DNA from: an uncultured Acidimicrobiia bacterium
GTDB lineage: Bacteria; Actinomycetota; Acidimicrobiia; Acidimicrobiales; SZUA-35
DNA: 64,000 nucleotides
Reading direction: 5' to 3'
Assembly: GCA_965530755.1 (NCBI GenBank)
Contig: CBESNA010000001.1
Span: 4,739-68,738 of the forward strand
Positions 10,562-19,596 of the stretch are shown here, in pieces. The notes beneath the pieces were generated by a model. That model saw only the letters and a list, made by a program, of their open reading frames with translations. It ran no database searches and had not been told where the DNA came from. Position numbers and translations under genes: made by a program. How positions within the stretch are numbered: the first letter of the stretch is position 1; the number at the start of each line of letters is the position of its first letter.

Positions 10562-12115
10562 TTACTTTCCGAGAGCGGCGACGACGTCGGAGACTGCCGT
10601 GAGTGGACCGTCCATGACGTTGAACATCAGGCCGGGCACGAAGCCGAAGAGGACGATCAGCGCGAGCATCGGGGCCCACGCGACCCACTCGAAACTGGTC
10701 ATGTCGTGGATGTTGGGATCGTCGGCGAACTCTTCGGACGGTTCGCCGAAGGCAGTGCGCTGGAGCAGCCACAACAGGTAGGCGGCGGCGAGGACAGTGC
10801 CGAGAGCTGCGACCACCATGTAGAACCGGAACAGATTCACGTTGAGCCCCGGGGCCGGGCTGTAGGCGGCGAGGATGGCCGGGAATTCACCCCAGAAACC
10901 GGCGAGGCCCGGAAGGCCGAGCGAGGCCATCGTGGTGAAGCCCAAGATCCAGCCCATGCGTGGAGCCTGGATCAGCAGACCGCCGAGACGTTTGATCTCG
11001 AGGGTGTGGTAGCGCTCCTTCACCGAGCCGGCGATGAAGAACAACAAGCCGGTGATGAGGCCGTGCGCCACCATGCCAAACACTGCGGCCTGGAGACCGA
11101 ACGTGGTCAGCGTGGCGATGCCGAGCATCACGTACCCCATGTGGGCAACGGACGAGAAGGCGATCAATCGCTTCATGTCGGTTTGTGCCAGGCAACCGAG
11201 AGCGCCGTAAATGATGCCGATGACAGCAAGGCCACCGATGATCGGGGCCCACTCGACAGCCGCCTCGGGAAGGATCGGGATGGCGATACGAATGAAGCCG
11301 TAGGTGCCGAGCTTCAGCAGAACCGCAGCCAGGATCACCGAGCCCTGCGTGGGCGCCTGGGTGTGTGCGTCCGGCAGCCACGTGTGGAACGGGAACATGG
11401 GCACCTTGATGCCGAACCCGAGGAACATGCCTCCGAAGATCAACCACTGGGCCCGGGACGAGATGTCGCGACTGGCGACCTGCTCTGCCAATTGAGCCAT
11501 GTCGAAGGTCGAGGATCCGGTGAGCCAGTAGAGCGCGAGGAAGCTGACGAGCATCAGCGCAGAACCGAACAACGTGTAGAGGAAGAACTTGATCGACGCA
11601 TAGAGGCGATCGGGTCCGCCCCAGACACCGATCATGAAGTACATCGGGAGCAACACGACCTCGAAGAAGACGAAGAAGAGGATGAGGTCGCGGGCGACGA
11701 ACGATCCGAGCATGCCGGTGTGGAGCACCATGATCAGCATCAGGAACGCCTTCGGATTTCCGGGCTCCGGGATGTGATCCCAGCTGTAGATGATCACCAG
11801 CGGGACGACCAACAGTGTCAAAGCGATGAGCGGCAACGAGATGCCGTCGAGCGCTACGTGGTAGCGAATGTTGACGACCTCGATCCACGACTGGTTGATC
11901 GTGAGCTTCGGGGCCTGACCGGTGTCGTAGTCGAAATTGTCCGGCAGCATCAGCAACACGCCCACCACGGCGGAGGCGAGGCTGAAGCCGAGGGCAAGCA
12001 GCTTTTGTGCTTCCTCCATGGCTGCCGGCACGAGCATCATGATGGCCACCCCGACGAGGGGGAGGAACACCATCAGGCTGAGCCCGTTTTCTTGGAGGAA
12101 TGTGAGGTCTTCCAC
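10562..12115 (-). CDS. nuoM: NADH-quinone oxidoreductase subunit M (cluster 1)
   Basis: Antiporter-like motifs (FGIKVPMFPFHTWLPDAHTQAPT). GTG 12115 lies 13 nt after the nuoL stop. The ORF-track start at 12172 would overlap nuoL. Confidence 0.88.
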   Translation of the reverse strand: MEDLTFLQENGLSLMVFLPLVGVAIMMLVPAAMEEAQKLLALGFSLASAVVGVLLMLPDNFDYDTGQAPKLTINQSWIEVVNIRYHVALDGISLPLIALTLLVVPLVIIYSWDHIPEPGNPKAFLMLIMVLHTGMLGSFVARDLILFFVFFEVVLLPMYFMIGVWGGPDRLYASIKFFLYTLFGSALMLVSFLALYWLTGSSTFDMAQLAEQVASRDISSRAQWLIFGGMFLGFGIKVPMFPFHTWLPDAHTQAPTQGSVILAAVLLKLGTYGFIRIAIPILPEAAVEWAPIIGGLAVIGIIYGALGCLAQTDMKRLIAFSSVAHMGYVMLGIATLTTFGLQAAVFGMVAHGLITGLLFFIAGSVKERYHTLEIKRLGGLLIQAPRMGWILGFTTMASLGLPGLAGFWGEFPAILAAYSPAPGLNVNLFRFYMVVAALGTVLAAAYLLWLLQRTAFGEPSEEFADDPNIHDMTSFEWVAWAPMLALIVLFGFVPGLMFNVMDGPLTAVSDVVAALGK

Positions 12116-12128
12116 AGTTATCGCTTTC

Positions 12129-14372
12129 TCATACGGCGACGATGAACACGGCGGCCAACACTGCGGCCGCACCGAACATCAGGCTTGCGTACTGACGAAC
12201 TCGGCCGGACTGGACGTGGCGAAGAACTCCGCCGGAGGCCAATGCGGTGAGACCAGAACCATTGACGGTGCCGTCGATGGCGCCCTGGTCGATGAACCGG
12301 TAGACGAAGCGGCCGGCGATGACCGCCCCCTTCCCGGTGTAATTGATGACGTTGTCGATGACGTTCTGGTTGACCCAGTAAGCAGCCCGAGCCATCCAGC
12401 CCTTGGTGCTCTCGGCGACAACGCCTTCGTAGAAGTGGTCGAGGTAGTACTTTTCCACGAGCAGCGTGTGGAAGCCCCGGGCGTAGCGGTTGTTGTCACG
12501 CAGACCGCCGGTGACCTCGGTTGCCCGCGGATTCTTGGCGAAGAGCTTCGAGTAGTAGGTGTAGGTGACGAAAATCGCGAACAAGCCGATCACCGTCGCA
12601 AGGATGGCCATGGCAACGCTTGGTTCACCGTGGCTGATCACCGGGAAGACATTTCCGCCGCCCGGTTCGATCCAGCGCTCGAGGGTGAGTCCGATGCGGT
12701 CGCCGATGACCGGGAAGCCCTTCGGGATGTTCAAGAATCCGACGACGACGGCCAGGCCGGCAAGGACCTGAAGCGGGATCATCATACGGGGGCCCGGATC
12801 GTGCGGGTGATCGTGTCCGCGATACTCGCCGAAGAAGATGAGCATGATCGCCCGGGTCATGTAGGCGGCGGTGAGGGCCGCACCGATGAGGGCCATGATC
12901 AGCGGAATCGTGTAGTCGCCGTTGCCGCTGGTCCCGACGAGGATCTCGTCCTTCGACCAGAAGCCGGCCAGCGGGAAGATGCCGATGAGGGCACCGCTCG
13001 CGATCATGAAGATCACGAACGTCTTCGGCATCAGCTTGCGCAAGCCGCCCATCTCAGCCTTCATGTCGAAGCTGTGATGGCAGGCGTGGCTGAGTGCACC
13101 AGCACCGAGGAACAGACAGGCCTTGAAGATCGCGTGCGTGAAGAGGTGGAACATGCCGGCGGTCCAGGCGCCGACACCAAGAGCCAAGACCATGTAGCCG
13201 AGCTGACTGACCGTTGAATAGGCGAGCACCTTCTTGATGTCGTTCTGCACGAAGGCGAGCAGGCCACCGCCAACCACGGTGATCCCGCCGATGATGGCCA
13301 TCGCGTTGACCGAACTCCCCGGTATGGCGAGGCCTTCCCAGAACACTGGATAGAGACGGCCGATCATGTAGACACCGGCGACGACCATCGTTGCGGCATG
13401 GATGAGCGCCGAGACCGGCGTCGGGCCGGCCATCGCATCTGGCAGCCAGGTGTGGAGGACGAACTGACCGGACTTGGACATCACGGCTGCCATCAAACAA
13501 AGAGCGGCGACGGTGAGCGTGCCACTCCCGATGTCGCCGACGACGGCAGCGTGGTTGATGGTGCGAATGTCGAAGCTGTTGCCGGCGGCGAAGAAGAGAA
13601 TTGAGACACCAATGAGCAGCCCGATGTCGCCGACCCGGTTCGTGAGGAATGCCTTGAGGGCGGCATCGGAGTTCGGTTTCTCTTCCCACCAGTGGCCGAT
13701 CAGTGCAAACGAACAGACGCCCACGAGCTCCCAGCCGACGATCATCTGGAGGGTGCTGGCGCTCAGGACGAAGAAGAGCATCGAGGCGGTGAACAGCGAC
13801 AGGAAAGCGAAGTAGTGGACGTATCGTCGATCGCCGCCGACATAGTCGGTCGAGAAGATGTGCACCAGCATCGAGATGAAGGTCACCACGACGAGCAGGA
13901 GGACAGACTGGCCGTCGACCAAGGTGCCGATCGAGATGGGCTTCTCCGAGGCGCGGTCGTCGCAGTCGGTGTTCTGAGCATCAGAGCTGTCGAACCAGCA
14001 CCAGCTGTTGACCACGGCCTCGGGCTTGGCCTCGACTTCTGCTCCCGCTTCGGCGAAGGCCGCCTCTTGTACACCGACCAGATCGTCGCCGCTGGCGAAT
14101 TCGGTGATCAACACCGCTTCTTCCTCGCCGTGGTCTTCCTCTATGTAGCTGTCGCTGGCGTTGACCCACGCAGCAGCGGTGAGAATCGACAGCAGGAACG
14201 ACGCAACGACGGCGGTCAGCCCGATGAAGTGGACGTGTTTCCCCAGCCGCTTGCCGACGAACAGGGTCAGCACGAAGGAGGCAGCCATGATCGCGGGGAT
14301 CAGACCGGCCCAGTCGAAGAACCAGCTACTGACCTCGAAGGTCGGCGCGGCCGCGGCGGCGAGAAGATGCAT
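12129..14372 (-). CDS. nuoL: NADH-quinone oxidoreductase subunit L (cluster 1), with an acidic N-terminal loop insertion
   Basis: WLPDAMAGPTPVSALIHAATMV motif. 747 aa, with a C-terminal lateral-helix region. Confidence 0.9.
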   Translation of the reverse strand: MHLLAAAAAPTFEVSSWFFDWAGLIPAIMAASFVLTLFVGKRLGKHVHFIGLTAVVASFLLSILTAAAWVNASDSYIEEDHGEEEAVLITEFASGDDLVGVQEAAFAEAGAEVEAKPEAVVNSWCWFDSSDAQNTDCDDRASEKPISIGTLVDGQSVLLLVVVTFISMLVHIFSTDYVGGDRRYVHYFAFLSLFTASMLFFVLSASTLQMIVGWELVGVCSFALIGHWWEEKPNSDAALKAFLTNRVGDIGLLIGVSILFFAAGNSFDIRTINHAAVVGDIGSGTLTVAALCLMAAVMSKSGQFVLHTWLPDAMAGPTPVSALIHAATMVVAGVYMIGRLYPVFWEGLAIPGSSVNAMAIIGGITVVGGGLLAFVQNDIKKVLAYSTVSQLGYMVLALGVGAWTAGMFHLFTHAIFKACLFLGAGALSHACHHSFDMKAEMGGLRKLMPKTFVIFMIASGALIGIFPLAGFWSKDEILVGTSGNGDYTIPLIMALIGAALTAAYMTRAIMLIFFGEYRGHDHPHDPGPRMMIPLQVLAGLAVVVGFLNIPKGFPVIGDRIGLTLERWIEPGGGNVFPVISHGEPSVAMAILATVIGLFAIFVTYTYYSKLFAKNPRATEVTGGLRDNNRYARGFHTLLVEKYYLDHFYEGVVAESTKGWMARAAYWVNQNVIDNVINYTGKGAVIAGRFVYRFIDQGAIDGTVNGSGLTALASGGVLRHVQSGRVRQYASLMFGAAAVLAAVFIVAV

Positions 14373-14375
14373 GGA

Positions 14376-14675
14376 TCAGCCCTGGAGGAGGTTGGCTTCG
14401 GACACGTCGATGCTCCGACGGTTCCGGTAGATGAGCAGGACGATCGCAAGTCCGACACCGACCTCGGCGGCAGCCACTGCGATCACGAACAGTGCGAACA
14501 CCTGGCCTGGGATCGTGCCGTTGAAGGCGCCGAAGGCCACGAGGTTGATGTTGGCGGCGTTGAGGATGAGCTCGATCGACATGAGGACGAGCACGCCGTT
14601 CTTGCGGGTGAGGACGCCGTAGACACCGATACAGAAGAGCACAGCGGCGAAGAGAAGGAACTGATTCAGAAACAT
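14376..14675 (-). CDS. nuoK: NADH-quinone oxidoreductase subunit K (cluster 1)
   Basis: 99-aa 3-TM protein (MFLNQFLLFAAVLFCIGVYGVLTRKN...). ATG is at 14675. The longer ORF 14376..15176 is a read-through frame. Confidence 0.9.
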   Translation of the reverse strand: MFLNQFLLFAAVLFCIGVYGVLTRKNGVLVLMSIELILNAANINLVAFGAFNGTIPGQVFALFVIAVAAAEVGVGLAIVLLIYRNRRSIDVSEANLLQG

Positions 14676-14683
14676 GCCGACTC

Positions 14684-15193
14684 CTAATCCCGCCTGGCCA
14701 CGACGATGGCACCGATCAGCGCTGCGAGCAGTAGCAGCGAAATCGCTTCGAACGGGACGATGTAGGTACTGAAGATCGAATCTGCGACTTCTTGGGTGCG
14801 CTGCACCCGACGATCGGCCGGCAGCTTCTGGGTACCCCACTGGTCGACGACCGCGTAGGTCATCACGGCGAACATCACGACAGCGACGAGGCCACCGATC
14901 CACTTCTGTTCGTAGTCGAGGTTGTCCTCGTGGCCGATCTGGGCCCGGGTGAGCATGACGCCGAACAGCAACAGGACCATGATGGCGCCCACGTAGACGA
15001 GCAACTGGGTGGCAGCCGCGAATTCGGCGCCGAGGACGATGTAGGTCGCAGCGACGCTGACCAGCACCACCAGCAGATGGAGCGCAGCGTGGACCACGTT
15101 CTTCGTGGAGACCATCCGCAGTGCACTGACCACGGCCACAGCCGCGATCACGTAGAAGAAGGCGTTGGCCACCCACTCCTCGGTGTCGGTCAT
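14684..15193 (-). CDS. nuoJ: NADH-quinone oxidoreductase subunit J (cluster 1)
   Basis: Typical NuoJ N-terminus after ATG 15193 (MTDTEEWVANAFFYVIAAVAVVSALRMV). An alternative GTG at 15238 would make a GTGA overlap with the nuoI stop. Confidence 0.85.
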   Translation of the reverse strand: MTDTEEWVANAFFYVIAAVAVVSALRMVSTKNVVHAALHLLVVLVSVAATYIVLGAEFAAATQLLVYVGAIMVLLLFGVMLTRAQIGHEDNLDYEQKWIGGLVAVVMFAVMTYAVVDQWGTQKLPADRRVQRTQEVADSIFSTYIVPFEAISLLLLAALIGAIVVARRD

Positions 15194-15234
15194 CACCGAT
15201 GCTTCGGCCGCGAACGTGGCCAACGATGCTCCGA

Positions 15235-15735
15235 TCACCGAGGCACCTGCTTTGCCTTCACTTCGGAGCCAGCTTCGTAGGCCTCGAAGTCGGGCACGGT
15301 TTCCATCCACTGGCCGAGCCGGCTCTTGTCGTGGAGGAGATCAGCGATCTTCGGTTCGGAGTATTCGTACTCTGGGCTCCAGAACAGGGCCTCGAACGGG
15401 CACACCTCGACGCAGATCCCGCAGTACATGCAGAGGCTGTAGTCGATGTCGAACCGGTCGAGCTTGTTGACCGAGCGTGGCTTGCCGCCGGCTCGACGGG
15501 GTGGCGCGAGGGTTTTGTGTCCCTCGATGTAGATGCACCAATCGGGGCACTCGCGGGCGCACAACATGCACGACGTGCAGTTCTCTTCGTGGAGGGCGAT
15601 GACGCCGCGGGCTCGGGGTGCGGGCTCTTCCTTTTCGTGCGGGTACTGCACGGTCTCGGCGCCGTGGACGACGGTCTTGACGACCTCTTTGAAGGTCAGA
15701 CCGAGCCCTTTGACCACACCTGGTACGAGTGGCAT
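15235..15735 (-). CDS. nuoI: NADH-quinone oxidoreductase subunit I (cluster 1), 2x[4Fe-4S]
   Basis: CTSCMLCARECP and CMYCGICVEVCP motifs. Confidence 0.92.
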   Translation of the reverse strand: MPLVPGVVKGLGLTFKEVVKTVVHGAETVQYPHEKEEPAPRARGVIALHEENCTSCMLCARECPDWCIYIEGHKTLAPPRRAGGKPRSVNKLDRFDIDYSLCMYCGICVEVCPFEALFWSPEYEYSEPKIADLLHDKSRLGQWMETVPDFEAYEAGSEVKAKQVPR

Positions 15736-15844
15736 CAGTCTCCCCTTCCGTCCGTCATGCGGCCGACAGTCTGGCCCAGCCAGGCGACGATCACACAGTT
15801 CGCTCTGACACAGTTCGCGTCACCGGAAGGGTTGCGGCCGGCCA

Positions 15845-16894
15845 TCAGAGCCACACCTTCAGCACACCGGTGATCGCGATATTGACGAGGGAGATGGGAA
15901 TGAGCACCTTCCAGGCGAACTTCTGGAGCTGATCTTCACGGAATCGGGGGTAGGTGAACCGCACCCAGTAGATGACGAAGGTCAACACCAGCATCTTGGT
16001 GACCATGACCAACGGTCCGATCACGTTGAACCAGTTCGAGTCGTACTCGAGGCCGAGCAGATCAGTGACGAATGGCGGGATGCTCCAGCCTCCGAGGAAG
16101 AGCACGGAAGCCAAGAAGGCGAAGATCGCGGCCGTGGCGAACTCGCCGATGAAGAACATCAGGAAGCGCATGCCCGAGTACTCCGTCATGTAGCCCGAGA
16201 CCAGCTCGGACTCGGCGATCGGCATGTCGAACGGCACCTGCGTGAGCTCGGCTTGCACTGCGACCATGAAGATCAGGAACCCGACGAACTGCGTGAGGAT
16301 GAACGGGAGTCCCAGTCCGCCCCAACCGAAGATCTCACCATTGATCTGGGCGTAGACGATCTGCTGCAGATTCAGCGTGCCGGCCTGGATGACAACGCCG
16401 ACGACCGCCAGCACCATCGGCAACTCGTAGGCAATGAGCTGTCCGGCGGCGCGCAGGCCACCGAGCAGCGAGTACTTCGAGGCGCTCGCCCAGCCGGCCA
16501 TGAGGATGCCGATCACCGAGATCGAGCTGACGGCAAGAGCAAAGAACACGCCCGTGTCGAGGTCGGTGAAGACGGCGTTCGGGCCGAACGGCACGACCAC
16601 CGCCAGCAAGAACGTGCTCAACAGCACGATGTAGGGCGCCATGGCGAACACGTTGCGGTCGGCCTTCGCAGGGAAGATGTCTTCCTTCTGCAACGACTTG
16701 CCCACTTCGGCCAGGAGCTGGAGCGAGCCGTACGGCCCGGCTTCCATCGGGCCCAGACGGCTCTGCATGAACGAGACCATCTTGAACAAGTACAGGTACA
16801 CGGTCAGGCCGGCGGGAAGCAGCACGACGAGCAGCACCATGACGCTCTTGAGGATGGTCTCCATCCACCACGACGTTTCGATCGCAAGCATCAT
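15845..16894 (-). CDS. nuoH: NADH-quinone oxidoreductase subunit H (cluster 1)
   Basis: NuoH/ND1 motifs (MQSRLGPMEAGPYGSLQLLAEVGKSLQKEDIFP). 8-TM protein. Confidence 0.92.
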   Translation of the reverse strand: MMLAIETSWWMETILKSVMVLLVVLLPAGLTVYLYLFKMVSFMQSRLGPMEAGPYGSLQLLAEVGKSLQKEDIFPAKADRNVFAMAPYIVLLSTFLLAVVVPFGPNAVFTDLDTGVFFALAVSSISVIGILMAGWASASKYSLLGGLRAAGQLIAYELPMVLAVVGVVIQAGTLNLQQIVYAQINGEIFGWGGLGLPFILTQFVGFLIFMVAVQAELTQVPFDMPIAESELVSGYMTEYSGMRFLMFFIGEFATAAIFAFLASVLFLGGWSIPPFVTDLLGLEYDSNWFNVIGPLVMVTKMLVLTFVIYWVRFTYPRFREDQLQKFAWKVLIPISLVNIAITGVLKVWL

Positions 16895-16915
16895 CGGGCC
16901 ACCACTCCTGACGAA

Positions 16916-17037
16916 TCGGCTGGGAGTTGTGAGCCCCAGCGAGCAACTCCGTTAGTGAGCGAAGCGAACGGCGTGCCTTCGGCTGGGAGTTGTGAGCCCC
17001 AGCGAGCAACTCCGTTAGTGAGCGAAGCGAACGGCGT
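16916..17037. repeat. Tandem direct repeat, 2 x 59 bp with a 63-bp period, filling the nuoD-nuoH spacer of cluster 1
   Basis: TCGGCTGGGAGTTGTGAGCCCCAGCGAGCAACTCCGTTAGTGAGCGAAGCGAACGGCGT occurs at 16916-16974 and again, identical by eye, at 16979-17037. Each unit holds two overlapping alternative inverted repeats: GGAGTTG-N14-CAACTCC and GCTGGG-N10-CCCAGC. Confidence 0.9.
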
Positions 17038-18209
17038 CATCGGTCAATGTCTCCGAGGATGAAGTAGAGCGAGGCGAGGATGGTGATCACATCCGGGACG
17101 TAGGTGCCCTTGAGCAGCCAGGGGGCGATGCTCATGTTGTTGAAGCTGGCCGAGCGGATCTTCACCCGGAACGGCTCGAGGCCGCCCTTCGACACGACGT
17201 AGTAACCCATCTCACCGAGCGGGTTTTCGGTGGCGACGTAGGCCTCGCCCTCTGGCACTTTGATGATGCGGGGCACCTTGGCCATGATCGGACCGGACGG
17301 GATCGTGTCGAGCAACTGCTCGACGATCGAAACACTCTCACGAACCTCTTGCAGCCGAACCCACGATCGGGCATAGGCGTCGCCGTCCGGGTGAGTCCAG
17401 ACCTTCCAATCGACCTTGTCCCATGCCAGACCGCACGGATTGTCGCGACGCAGGTCCCAATCGACGCCCGACCCGCGGATGTTGGCACCGCTCAACCCGT
17501 AGCTGAGCCCGACGTCTGCCGGGATGACACCGATGCCTCGGGTACGAGCGGCGAAGATCTCGTTGCCGAACAGCAGATCCTCGATCAGGTCGCAGAAGTC
17601 CGAGATCTTGGTCAGGCTCTGCTTGGTCTCGGCGATCCACCCGGCCGGGAAATCATCCTTGACCCCGCCGATGCGATCGAAGTTGGGATGGAAGCGGCCG
17701 CCCGTCGCTGACTCGATCTGATTGAGCACGTGCTCGCGGTCGCGGAACGCGTAGAACACGGGGGTGACAGCACCGAGCTGGACTCCGAGATCGCCGAGGA
17801 ACAGCGTGAGGTGCGCGATGCGGCCGAGCTCGAACAGAATCGTCCGAATGTGCTGGGCCCGAGGCGGCGCCTCTATGTCCATGAGCTGCTCTGCGGCGAG
17901 GATGAAGGGCACCTCGTTGCAGAAGCTTCCGAGCCAGTCGATCCGGTTCACCAGCGTGGTGACCTGAGGGTAGGTCCGCACCTCCGTGAGCTTCTCGTAG
18001 CCCCGGTGCATGTAACCCATGATCGGCTCTGCCTCGATCACCTGCTCACCGTCGAGCCGGGCGACGATGCGGAGCGTGCCGTGGGTCGCCGGGTGCTGTG
18101 GACCGATGTTGAGGGTCATGCCCTCCGCTTCGAGTTCGAGATTGACTCGGGCGTCGGCAGCCTGGGCGGCCACGTATGCCAGCTGACGGCGATCGGACAC
18201 TGCGGTCAT
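17037..18209 (-). CDS. nuoD: NADH-quinone oxidoreductase subunit D (cluster 1)
   Basis: NIGPQHPATHGTLRIV motif. ATG 18209 has GGAG 7 nt upstream. The ORF-track ATG at 18278 has no spaced RBS and overlaps nuoC by 11 nt, but remains possible. Confidence 0.88.
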   Translation of the reverse strand: MTAVSDRRQLAYVAAQAADARVNLELEAEGMTLNIGPQHPATHGTLRIVARLDGEQVIEAEPIMGYMHRGYEKLTEVRTYPQVTTLVNRIDWLGSFCNEVPFILAAEQLMDIEAPPRAQHIRTILFELGRIAHLTLFLGDLGVQLGAVTPVFYAFRDREHVLNQIESATGGRFHPNFDRIGGVKDDFPAGWIAETKQSLTKISDFCDLIEDLLFGNEIFAARTRGIGVIPADVGLSYGLSGANIRGSGVDWDLRRDNPCGLAWDKVDWKVWTHPDGDAYARSWVRLQEVRESVSIVEQLLDTIPSGPIMAKVPRIIKVPEGEAYVATENPLGEMGYYVVSKGGLEPFRVKIRSASFNNMSIAPWLLKGTYVPDVITILASLYFILGDIDR

Positions 18210-18267
18210 GACGCGGCTCCGCTGTCGTGGGCGTTCCCGCCGGATCCGAGCAGAATCATCAGTTGCG

Positions 18268-18981
18268 TCATGACGCATCCTCGGGGTTGGTCGTACTCGG
18301 CGCAGCGCTGTCCGCGAGTTCCGGCGTCGGGGGAGCTTCGTCAGCGAGCGGTGGCATTGGCTCGACGTCGACGATGCCGGGCCATGGCTTCACCAAACGA
18401 GCCAACAGGGGGAAGTCTTTCCGCATCGGATGACCCTCGAAGTCGCCGGGCAGGTACAGAGGGCGGAGACCCGGGTGACCGGTGAAGGTGATGCCGAACA
18501 TCTCCCACACCTCACGCTCGTGCCAGTTGGCACCGGGGTAGTGATCGGTCCAGGTGGGCGCAGCCATGTCGTCGCCGACGTCGGCCTTCAACGTGACGCC
18601 GATCCCAGTCGCGAGGTTGGCAACACGCGCAATGATCTGGAACCGAGTGTCGCCGCCGGCGTAGCCCGTGGTCATCGGCTCGATTTCGGATGCCTCGGAC
18701 TCATCCAAGACCGTGTCGACAGCAGCATCGAGGCTGCGACCGTAGGGAGAGGGCATCCAGTCGATCGCCGACACGAAGTCGAAGAAACGGAACCGCTGCC
18801 GGTCGCGCAAGTACGCCGCCGTGTCGGCAAACGCCTCGATCTTCACCCGGATCCAGAGATCGACCCCAGGAACCAGATGATGCTCGACGAGGGAGTCGCC
18901 GAGCTCGGCCACCATCGCCTCGAGCAGGGCGGAACGAGCTTCGTCGACCACGACATCCGTGGTCTCCACGATGTCGGTCAT
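18268..18981 (-). CDS. nuoC: NADH-quinone oxidoreductase subunit C (cluster 1), with a Pro/Ala-rich C-terminal tail
   Basis: NuoC core (FDFVSAIDW, HYPGANWHEREVWEMFGITFTGHP). Confidence 0.9.
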   Translation of the reverse strand: MTDIVETTDVVVDEARSALLEAMVAELGDSLVEHHLVPGVDLWIRVKIEAFADTAAYLRDRQRFRFFDFVSAIDWMPSPYGRSLDAAVDTVLDESEASEIEPMTTGYAGGDTRFQIIARVANLATGIGVTLKADVGDDMAAPTWTDHYPGANWHEREVWEMFGITFTGHPGLRPLYLPGDFEGHPMRKDFPLLARLVKPWPGIVDVEPMPPLADEAPPTPELADSAAPSTTNPEDAS

Positions 18982-19056
18982 GCGCCGATCTCTCTGCTGT
19001 CGAAGATCATCATGCGCCGATCTCTCTGCTGTCGAAGATCATCATGCGCCGATCTC
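18979..19056. repeat. Tandem direct repeat, 32-bp unit x about 2.4, at the nuoB/nuoC junction of cluster 1
   Basis: CATGCGCCGATCTCTCTGCTGTCGAAGATCAT occurs at 18979-19010 and 19011-19042, and its first 14 nt recur at 19043-19056. On the minus strand this reiterates the nuoB 3' end GAGATCGGCGCATGA three times. Confidence 0.9.
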
Positions 19057-19545
19057 CATGGGATCGCCCTTCCACTTCTCGACCATGTCCTCGTTCTGGA
19101 TGATGTCCTGGAGCAGCACGATGCCCTCCAGCAGCGCCTCGGGGCGGGGCGGGCAGCCAGGGACGTACACATCGACGGGAATGATCTGGTCGATGCCCTT
19201 GGTGACCGAGTAACTATCCCAATAGGGGCCGCCGCAGTTCGCACACGACCCCATCGAGATCACATACTTGGGCTCGGGCATCTGCTCGTACAGACGGCGA
19301 ATGGCCGGAGCCATCTTGTCGGTGACCGTCCCGGACACGACGACGAGGTCGGCCTGACGTGGGCTGGCGGGCAGCGGAATCACGCCGAGGCGCATCACGT
19401 CGTAGCGCGGCGATCCGAACGCTGCACCCATCTCGATGGCGCAGCACGCCAGGCCCCACTGGTACACCCAGAGGCTGTACTTGCGACTTGTGTTCAGCAA
19501 TGTGGTGAGTGCCTTGGGCATCTTGCCCGAGTCAACGAGACCCAT
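19042..19545 (-). CDS. nuoB: NADH-quinone oxidoreductase subunit B (cluster 1)
   Basis: N2-cluster ligands are present ([25 protein letters not shown]). Confidence 0.92.
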   Translation of the reverse strand: MGLVDSGKMPKALTTLLNTSRKYSLWVYQWGLACCAIEMGAAFGSPRYDVMRLGVIPLPASPRQADLVVVSGTVTDKMAPAIRRLYEQMPEPKYVISMGSCANCGGPYWDSYSVTKGIDQIIPVDVYVPGCPPRPEALLEGIVLLQDIIQNEDMVEKWKGDPMEIGA

Positions 19546-19596
19546 ACCTGGTTCCCCGAATCAATGGTGAGCGTGTGTTGGCCGGACCGTGAACGG

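Noticed and set aside
9812-12145. 777-aa plus-strand ORF rich in D/E/R/H, antisense to nuoN/nuoM. Similar long antisense ORFs include 13692..14687, 27916..29382, 35415..37166, 37244..38590, 18430..19977, 55858..56919 and 56744..58957.
   Set aside because: These are shadow ORFs, typical of GC-rich genomes where stop codons are rare in the opposite frame. They have low-complexity charged composition and no recognisable motifs. Each fully overlaps a strongly supported gene on the other strand.
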